IMG/VR virus record: IMGVR_UViG_3300025311_000002
Location: 1-38,357 of that record
DNA from: a virus
Length of the DNA stretch: 38,357 nucleotides
Reading direction: 5' to 3' (one strand)
Below the pieces are notes generated by a model that saw only the letters and a list, made by a program, of their open reading frames with translations, did not search any database and was not told where the DNA came from. Shown here in pieces: positions 33,035 to 38,357 of this stretch (position 1 is the first letter of the stretch; every line of letters begins with the position of its first letter). A program made the position numbers and the translations under genes.

Positions 33035-33310
33035 ATGCGTCATTGGCATAAACCTGACGGCTCCGGCTCCGGCTACGGCGACGGCTCCGGCTACGGCTCC
33101 GGCTCCGGCGACGGCTCCGGCTCCGGCTACGGCTCCGGCTACGGCTCCGGCTACGGCTCCGGCGACGGCGACGGCTCCGGCGACGGCTCCGGCTACGGCG
33201 ACGGCGACGGCTCCGGCGACGGCTCCGGCGACGGCTCCGGCGACGGCTCCGGCTACGGCGACGGCGACGGCTCCGGCGACGGCTCCGGCGACGGCTCCGG
33301 CGACGGTTAA
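33035..33310 (+). CDS. (Gly-X)41 low-complexity acidic protein, X = Ser/Tyr/Asp only, 91 aa.
   Basis: The ATG lies 1 nt after the upstream TAA, with a GAGG Shine-Dalgarno. The protein is MRHWHKPD followed by GS/GY/GD dipeptides. A double stop (taataa) ends the gene. Confidence 0.6.
   Translation: MRHWHKPDGSGSGYGDGSGYGSGSGDGSGSGYGSGYGSGYGSGDGDGSGDGSGYGDGDGSGDGSGDGSGDGSGYGDGDGSGDGSGDGSGDG
33059..33307. repeat. Hexamer array built only from GGCTCC, GGCTAC and GGCGAC. It includes a perfect 60-bp tandem duplication (33181-33240 = 33241-33300).
   Basis: Read directly. The two 60-nt sequence lines are identical, and every Gly codon is GGC, except that the final codon before the stop (33305-33307) is GGT. 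Confidence 0.95.
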
Positions 33311-33359
33311 TAATCGAGAATGCCGGCTGCATTAAGCAGACGGCCATGGAGGGCGCGTC

Positions 33360-33497
33360 ATGACACGGATATTTCTTAACGGCCAACGGATCACCATCCC
33401 GGCGCCTTTGCATGTGGCATTGCATGCTCTGGTGTCGGCTCACATCAACGTAACAGAGCGCCGCCATGGCGCATGGATGGCAAAATGGGTGCAATGA
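33360..33497 (+). CDS. Micro-protein, 45 aa.
   Basis: GGAGGG Shine-Dalgarno 6 nt upstream. MTRIFLNGQRITIPAPLHVALHALVSAHINVTERRHGAWMAKWVQ. Its stop overlaps a downstream ATG (ATGA). Confidence 0.45.
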   Translation: MTRIFLNGQRITIPAPLHVALHALVSAHINVTERRHGAWMAKWVQ

Positions 33498-33775
33498 ATC
33501 GGGTCATCAATCTGTGTCATCAGGCGCGCATCTCTCCGGAGGACAGGCTTGACGCACTGCGCAAGCGTGAGGGTGAGATCATCGGCGAAGGCCACCTTTG
33601 GGATGATGCGTGGAACGTCCTGAACACCACCGACCACAATATCTGCGAGCGGGTTGCATTCGCAGCCAACAGTGGCGATCTGGCGGAAGTCGGCCGGCTG
33701 ATTGTTGGCCTCATGGAAATAGAACGGAACAACCGCGCCATCAATCAGGCGATCAAAGAAGAGGATGGACAATGA
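33473..33775 (+). CDS. Hypothetical protein, 93-100 aa. The ATG at 33494 is favoured by ATGA coupling.
   Basis: Track ORF. Three in-frame ATGs are available (33473, 33485, 33494). The protein is helical and charged. Confidence 0.55.
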   Translation: MDGKMGAMNRVINLCHQARISPEDRLDALRKREGEIIGEGHLWDDAWNVLNTTDHNICERVAFAANSGDLAEVGRLIVGLMEIERNNRAINQAIKEEDGQ

Positions 33776-33933
33776 AAACCTATCATGTCACCGTGCGTAT
33801 GGATGGCGTTCGCAGCACCTGGACGGTAATTGCACGCGGCCCCTCGCTGGCCATCAATGCCGTGGCCAAGTGCTTGGCGCGTGACGATGGCAATATGCCG
33901 TCCTGCGCCCTCATTGCGAAGCTGGCACAATGA
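33772..33933 (+). CDS. Micro-protein, 53 aa.
   Basis: MKTYHVTVRMDGVRSTWTVIARGPSLAINAVAKCLARDDGNMPSCALIAKLAQ. It has ATGA overlaps at both ends. Confidence 0.5.
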   Translation: MKTYHVTVRMDGVRSTWTVIARGPSLAINAVAKCLARDDGNMPSCALIAKLAQ

Positions 33934-34031
33934 GCCGCTGTCAGATTTTCGGCCGGCTGTATCGCTTCTATCGCGGCTGCAACTATGGCCGCCTAGCCGC
34001 CGTCAAACATGCATGGAGTAAGAGTAAATGA
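33930..34031 (+). CDS. Basic micro-protein, 33 aa.
   Basis: MSRCQIFGRLYRFYRGCNYGRLAAVKHAWSKSK. It has ATGA overlaps with both neighbours, including the recT start. Confidence 0.4.
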   Translation: MSRCQIFGRLYRFYRGCNYGRLAAVKHAWSKSK

Positions 34032-34774
34032 CTATGCCGATCGCCACACCGAAGCCTGCCTTTTCCCTGATGCCCCAGAGCATTGAAGAGGCGATGAAGT
34101 TTGCCGAAATGCTCAGTCGCTCCGATCTGGTGCCCAAAGACTACCAGGGCAAGCCTGGAAACATCCTGGTTGCTATGCAGTGGGGTACTGAGCTCGGCAT
34201 GCAGATCATGCAAGCAATTCAGAATATTTCCGTCATCAACGGCCGTCCTGCCATGTGGGGTGATTCCGTCATCGCCCTGGTGCGCTCCTCGCCGGTTTGC
34301 GAGTACGTCATCGAGGACGTTGCCGACACGGTGGCTACTTGCCGCGCCAAGCGCCGAGGCGAGCCGGAGCAAATCCGCACATTCAGCCTGGACGACGCCA
34401 AGCGCGCCGGCCTACTCGGCAAGCAAGGCCCTTGGACCCAGTACCCCAAGCGCATGATGCAGATGCGCGCACGATCCTGGGCGCTGCGCGACGTGTTCAC
34501 CGACGTGCTGCGCGGCATGGCCGTGGCCGAAGAGGTCATGGACCTGCCACCCGAGCGCGACATGGGGCAGGCGCAGGTCGTTCAACCTGTTGCTGACAAG
34601 CCGCCCTACCCCGCCGACAAGTTCACCGAGAACTTCCCCAAGTGGGAGGGTTTGATCGCGAGCGGCCGGAAATCGGCGGCCGACGTGATCGCCACCATCG
34701 AAAGCAAGAACACCCTCAGCGCCGAGCAGCGCGCTGCCATCCTGGAAATCGCTCCCGAGGTCACCGCGCAATGA
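34028..34774 (+). CDS. recT: RecT-family single-strand annealing protein, 248 aa.
   Basis: AMKFAEMLSRSDLVPKDYQGKPGNILVAMQWGTELGM...INGRPAMWGDSVIALV...KRMMQMRARSWALRD is the RecT signature. Confidence 0.85.
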   Translation: MTMPIATPKPAFSLMPQSIEEAMKFAEMLSRSDLVPKDYQGKPGNILVAMQWGTELGMQIMQAIQNISVINGRPAMWGDSVIALVRSSPVCEYVIEDVADTVATCRAKRRGEPEQIRTFSLDDAKRAGLLGKQGPWTQYPKRMMQMRARSWALRDVFTDVLRGMAVAEEVMDLPPERDMGQAQVVQPVADKPPYPADKFTENFPKWEGLIASGRKSAADVIATIESKNTLSAEQRAAILEIAPEVTAQ

Positions 34775-36339
34775 AAATCCTGAACCTGACCCAGGGCTCC
34801 CCGGAATGGCACGCTGCCCGTGCCCAGCACTTCACCGCCAGCGAGGCGCCCGTGATGATGGGTGCCTCCAAGTACCTTACCCGGTCGGAACTGCTAAAGC
34901 AGAAAGCCACCGGCCTGGTGCCGGAGGTGTCAGAGCGACAGCAACGCTTGTTCGACAAGGGCCATGCGACCGAGGCCCTGGCCCGTCCTCTGGTCGAGGC
35001 GATGATTGGCGACGAGCTATTCCCGGCCACTGGTGTCGACGGTGAGCTGCTGGCCTCCTTCGACGGCATGACCATGCTGGAAGACACGCTGTACGAGCAC
35101 AAGCTGTGGAACGAGGACCTGGCAAACCAGGTGCGCGCTAGCGAGCTGGATCCGCACTACTACTGGCAGCTCGAACAGCAACTGCTGGTCAGCGGTGCCG
35201 AGCGCACCATCTTCGTGGTGTCGGACGGCACCCGCGACCACTTCGAGCACCTGGAATACCGCCCGGTGCCCGGTCGGGCCGAGCAGCTGCAAGCGGGCTG
35301 GGCGCAGTTCAAGGCCGATCTGGCGGCTTACGCCCCGGCCGAGGCCGCGCCCGTCGTCGAGGGGCGCGAGGTCATGGCTCTGCCGGCGTTGTCCGTGCAG
35401 TTGGTGGGCGAGGTGAAATCGTCCAACCTGGCGCTGTACCAGAACACCGCCCTGGCGTTTATTCGCGCCATCAACACCGACCTGCAAACCGACCAGGACT
35501 TCGCCGACGCGGAAAAGATCGTGAAGTTCTGCGACAAGGCCGAGAAGGAGCTGGACCTGACCAAGCAGCAGGCCCTGGCGCAGACCGCCAGTGTCGACGA
35601 GCTGTTCCGCACCATCGACGTGCTGAAGGCGGAAATGCGTAGCAAGCGCCTGGAACTGGAAAAGCTGGTCAAGTCGCGCAAGGAAGCGATCCGCCTGGAG
35701 ATTCAGCGTACCGCCGAATGGTCGTTCCTGTCGCATGTCGACAGTCTGAATGCGCGCCTGGGCCGGGTGAAGCTGCCGACATTGCGCCCAGACATCGCCG
35801 GCGCCATGAAGGGCAAGAAGACCCTCGCGACGTTGCGCGATGCGGCCGACACCGCCGTCGCCAAGGCCAAGATCGAGGCCTCGACGCTGGCCGAGCAGTA
35901 CGAGCGCAACCTGGCCACCCTGAACGAACTGGCCGGCGCGCACGCCTTTCTGTTTGCCGATGTGCAGCAATTGGTCTTGAAGGCCAACGACGACCTAGTG
36001 GCATTGATCAAGGTCCGTGTTGGCGAGCACACGCAGGCAGAGCATCAGCGCCGTCTGGCGGAAGACCTAGCCAAACAGCAACAGACCACCGCCGAGTCGG
36101 CGCACGCCATACAGGACGCACCAGCCGCTGAGGAAGTAGTGGAGCAAGCCGCTGCCCCTGCCGGCCGGCGTGGAGGCAGCTCCGGCCGACTGGTTTCCAA
36201 TTCCCCTCAGTATCGGCCGACGGACGACGAGATCATCAGCGCCCTCAGCACCTGTTTCAAGGCCACAACCAGCGTCGTGCGCGAATGGCTCCTGGGCATG
36301 GACCTCGCGAAAGCCGATCGCTTCGCCAAGGCCAGCTAA
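34771..36339 (+). CDS. YqaJ-type (lambda Exo-like) recombination exonuclease fused to a C-terminal coiled-coil extension of about 320 aa, 522 aa in total.
   Basis: The ATG overlaps the recT stop (ATGA). The N-terminus LNLTQGSPEWHAARAQHFTASEAPVMMG...YEHKLW...YYWQLEQQLLVSGAERTIFVV is a YqaJ PD-(D/E)XK domain. The remainder is a helical region resembling DUF1351-type recombination-module proteins. Confidence 0.75.
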   Translation: MKILNLTQGSPEWHAARAQHFTASEAPVMMGASKYLTRSELLKQKATGLVPEVSERQQRLFDKGHATEALARPLVEAMIGDELFPATGVDGELLASFDGMTMLEDTLYEHKLWNEDLANQVRASELDPHYYWQLEQQLLVSGAERTIFVVSDGTRDHFEHLEYRPVPGRAEQLQAGWAQFKADLAAYAPAEAAPVVEGREVMALPALSVQLVGEVKSSNLALYQNTALAFIRAINTDLQTDQDFADAEKIVKFCDKAEKELDLTKQQALAQTASVDELFRTIDVLKAEMRSKRLELEKLVKSRKEAIRLEIQRTAEWSFLSHVDSLNARLGRVKLPTLRPDIAGAMKGKKTLATLRDAADTAVAKAKIEASTLAEQYERNLATLNELAGAHAFLFADVQQLVLKANDDLVALIKVRVGEHTQAEHQRRLAEDLAKQQQTTAESAHAIQDAPAAEEVVEQAAAPAGRRGGSSGRLVSNSPQYRPTDDEIISALSTCFKATTSVVREWLLGMDLAKADRFAKAS

Positions 36340-36380
36340 CCTACCACCAACGACAAACCATTATCACTTCGGAGTACATC

Positions 36381-36662
36381 ATGAAGCACCCGCAGATTCC
36401 GCTGACCGCCGTTGAATCCTCACAGATTCACGCCATCGGCCATGACGCAAGCACCAACACCCTCGCCATCCAGTTCAAAAGCAAGGGCGGCCCAGGCAGC
36501 GTGTGCCACTACGCCAACTTCACCGACGAGCAGTACGAGCAATTCAGCAAGGCCGCATCTATCGGCGCGCACTTCGGTAAGTTCATCAAGCCGGAGACTG
36601 AAAAGCATCCGTATGTGAATGTCGCCGCCGACACTTCGGAGAACGCCGAATGCGAGGCGTAA
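36381..36662 (+). CDS. KTSC-domain protein, 93 aa.
   Basis: GGAG Shine-Dalgarno. [60 protein letters not shown] matches the KTSC pattern. Confidence 0.7.
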   Translation: MKHPQIPLTAVESSQIHAIGHDASTNTLAIQFKSKGGPGSVCHYANFTDEQYEQFSKAASIGAHFGKFIKPETEKHPYVNVAADTSENAECEA

Positions 36663-37150
36663 ACAAAGTCATCCTGGTCGGCAACCTCGGCCGCGACCCG
36701 GAAGTTCGCTATCTGCCGAGCGGCGGCGCCGTGGCTCAAGTCACGGTCGCCACCAGCGAGTCCTGGCGCGACAAGAACACCGGTCAGCCGGTGGAGCAAA
36801 CCGAGTGGCACCGGGTGGTGTTCTACGGCAAGTTGGCCGAGATCGCGGGCGAGTACCTGAAGAAAGGCAGCAAGGTCTATATCGAAGGCTCGCTACATAC
36901 GCGCAAGTGGCAAGACAAACAGACCGGCCAGGACCGCTACGCCATCGAGATCAAGGCCAGCCAGTTGCAGATGCTGGACGGCCGGCAGGATAACGGCGAC
37001 AGCGCCAACCATGGTGCCGACGATTACGACAATTGGGACCAGCAACCGGCCAAACAGCCGAAACAGCAGGCAGCGCCGCGCGGTAATGGACAGCAGCGCC
37101 AAGCCCCACCGCCGCTGCCTGATGACTTCGTCGACGATATTCCGTTCTAG
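36650..37150 (+). CDS. ssb: Single-stranded DNA-binding protein, 166 aa.
   Basis: The OB-fold N-terminus is [38 protein letters not shown]...[15 protein letters not shown] Gly/Gln/Pro-rich linker follows, and the protein ends in the canonical acidic tail DDIPF. Confidence 0.95.
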   Translation: MRGVNKVILVGNLGRDPEVRYLPSGGAVAQVTVATSESWRDKNTGQPVEQTEWHRVVFYGKLAEIAGEYLKKGSKVYIEGSLHTRKWQDKQTGQDRYAIEIKASQLQMLDGRQDNGDSANHGADDYDNWDQQPAKQPKQQAAPRGNGQQRQAPPPLPDDFVDDIPF

Positions 37151-37165
37151 GAAACGACCCCATGA

Positions 37166-37330
37166 ACTGTCCTTGGGCTACCATCCAAGGGCAGTGAGAT
37201 CGGCGAAGAGATTGACGGCAGCATGGTCTGGGACTTCGTGCGAGCCGGCCGTATCGCGGACGTGGCCACTTACTGCGCTGGCGATGTCGAGCGTGTGAGG
37301 GCGATTCATAAGCGCATGACGTTTCGGTAG
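37166..37330 (+). pseudogene. Remnant (last 54 codons or so) of a PolB-exonuclease-like 3'-5' exonuclease (PF10108-type) lacking its N-terminal domain and start codon.
   Basis: The in-frame translation is TVLGLPSKGSEIGEEIDGSMVWDFVRAGRIADVATYCAGDVERVRAIHKRMTFR*. This matches the family C-terminus as I recall it (LGLPGK...G..V......G....I..YCE.DV). A stop lies immediately upstream at 37163-37165. Confidence 0.55.
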
Positions 37331-37405
37331 GAAGTATAATAATCCATATCGACGCTATCGGCTTAAATAGCGAGCCAATAGTTTCACCACCATCCTCTAT
37401 GGTTA

Positions 37406-38357
37406 TTAATTCATCCTGGACACGCTGAAATTGTTTTCATTCACGCTTGACATGGTTGTGAGATTAACCGGGCTACCCGTGTTTTGATCGGCATTGATAT
37501 TTATTGTAGCGCCAGCCGCGGTGATGTTGACCTCATGTATGATCTCATATGCCACTGCGTTTGCAGTGGTTGCATAGTAATTTCTAGCTGCATCTACAGA
37601 CCCATTTACCATCACTGCCATACGGATGCGAGTGCCGATTGCCACGGCAAGAATTATGCGCGCTGCAATACGATATTGACCTGGGCCAATACAAGTGTAT
37701 GTCCATGTTGTTGGGTTATATGATGAGGACGGGTCCGCCAACTCCGTCCCATATTGGACTGTATTTGCGCCAGTAGTGAAGCCACCGGAAGGCAAAGCAA
37801 AGGTTGTTGCGGCTCTGGCCAATGAACACACTTTCTTCAATGTATCCAAGATTGGCGCCCCTTGAGCATCTGTATAAACGACTTTCGTATTGCTATTGAA
37901 ATTCGTGTAGAAATCCGTAGCAACAAACCCGAATCCAGCGTTATCCTGGGTCTGTCTGCGAACTCTGATGTCTGTAAGCTGACCGCCAGCAATGCCAAAA
38001 TCAAAGAATTGGCCGAGATCGGGCTTTGTGCCGCCCGTTTCTATCCGGTCAATGATATTCAGGTCAAGCATCGTCACCGGATTGGCAGAGCTGGCCTGCA
38101 AGGCTAGGCGAGGCCAATAGCCGCCAGACGGATTTAGAGGCCCGAAGTTATAACGATGCACAAAACGGACGGTTCCGAAATCTGAGTTACTGACCCTCCT
38201 AATGTCTATGCCATTCTGAACGTCATCAAACTCTGCTATACCCAGCTTAAAGCGGGTTGCACTCCCACCCGTCCCGGAATTGTCATTGCCAAGCGCCCAT
38301 CCAGAGCACGAACCCACCGACATAACATCAACGGTGTTTGCCGCACCGAATCCAAAA
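37406..38357 (-). CDS. Tailspike / depolymerase, C-terminal part of the junction-spanning ORF. Bases 38231-38357 duplicate 1-127.
   Basis: Track ORF 37406..38323 is the in-frame continuation. It is beta-rich with Gly/Asn/Thr-rich turns. It is the last gene of the late operon, as gp9 is in P22. Confidence 0.8.
   Translation of the reverse strand, partial: FGFGAANTVDVMSVGSCSGWALGNDNSGTGGSATRFKLGIAEFDDVQNGIDIRRVSNSDFGTVRFVHRYNFGPLNPSGGYWPRLALQASSANPVTMLDLNIIDRIETGGTKPDLGQFFDFGIAGGQLTDIRVRRQTQDNAGFGFVATDFYTNFNSNTKVVYTDAQGAPILDTLKKVCSLARAATTFALPSGGFTTGANTVQYGTELADPSSSYNPTTWTYTCIGPGQYRIAARIILAVAIGTRIRMAVMVNGSVDAARNYYATTANAVAYEIIHEVNITAAGATININADQNTGSPVNLTTMSSVNENNFSVSRMN
38231..38357. repeat. Terminal direct repeat, copy 2 (duplicate of 1-127).
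   Basis: Same 127-nt string as the window start. Confidence 0.95.

Noticed and set aside
33030-33494. Minus-strand 154-aa ORF encoding an Arg/Ser-rich (RRRSRS...) protamine-like protein opposite the Gly-X gene.
   Set aside because: It is the mirror image of the hexamer repeat. It runs antisense in the middle of a tightly coupled plus-strand operon and has no Shine-Dalgarno. Its non-repeat N-terminus overlaps a plus-strand ORF that does have a strong Shine-Dalgarno. It cannot be fully excluded without expression data.
37331-37405. Bidirectional intrinsic terminator between the converging operons.
   Set aside because: Only 3-4 bp complementary stretches are present (for example GGCT...AGCC). 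I found no GC-rich stem followed by a U-tract on either strand.

Overview
The window is a complete, circularly closed phage genome. Bases 1-127 are identical to 38231-38357, so the unique length is 38,230 bp and one ORF runs across the junction. Gene content and order indicate a lambdoid, P22-like podovirus from a high-GC Gram-negative host. All family calls rest on remembered signature motifs and synteny; no database search was possible.

The minus strand carries one long rightward unit (32313 down to 1, wrapping to 37406). In order it encodes:
- a Cro-like regulator;
- an O-like initiator with in-gene iterons, and a DnaC-like loader;
- an accessory patch (tandem pentapeptide-repeat genes and unknowns);
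- nin-type genes (NinB, DUF1064, Ref-like nuclease, Lar-like protein);
- tRNA-Gly(UCC);
- an atypical lysis cassette;
- TerS, TerL, P22-type portal, scaffold and coat;
- a 6.6-kb fibre/lectin insertion;
- the gp4-like adaptor, then three inserted genes including a DUF2829/Tad2-like protein;
- the gp10-like hub, a gp26-like needle, an ejection-protein block and a beta-helix tailspike.

The plus strand (32357-37330) is a short leftward early operon. It starts with a long structured leader and encodes a (Gly-X)41 repeat protein, four translationally coupled micro-ORFs, RecT, a YqaJ-type exonuclease with a long C-terminal extension, a KTSC protein, SSB and a truncated exonuclease remnant. I found no integrase, CI-type repressor, N, Q or CRISPR.

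My best candidate for an undescribed system is the promoter-equipped pentapeptide-repeat pair at 29328-30381, built from a near-perfect 15-bp DNA array. The next candidates are the (Gly-X)41 protein and the micro-ORFs in the gam/kil position of the left operon. These functional ideas are hypotheses, not demonstrations.
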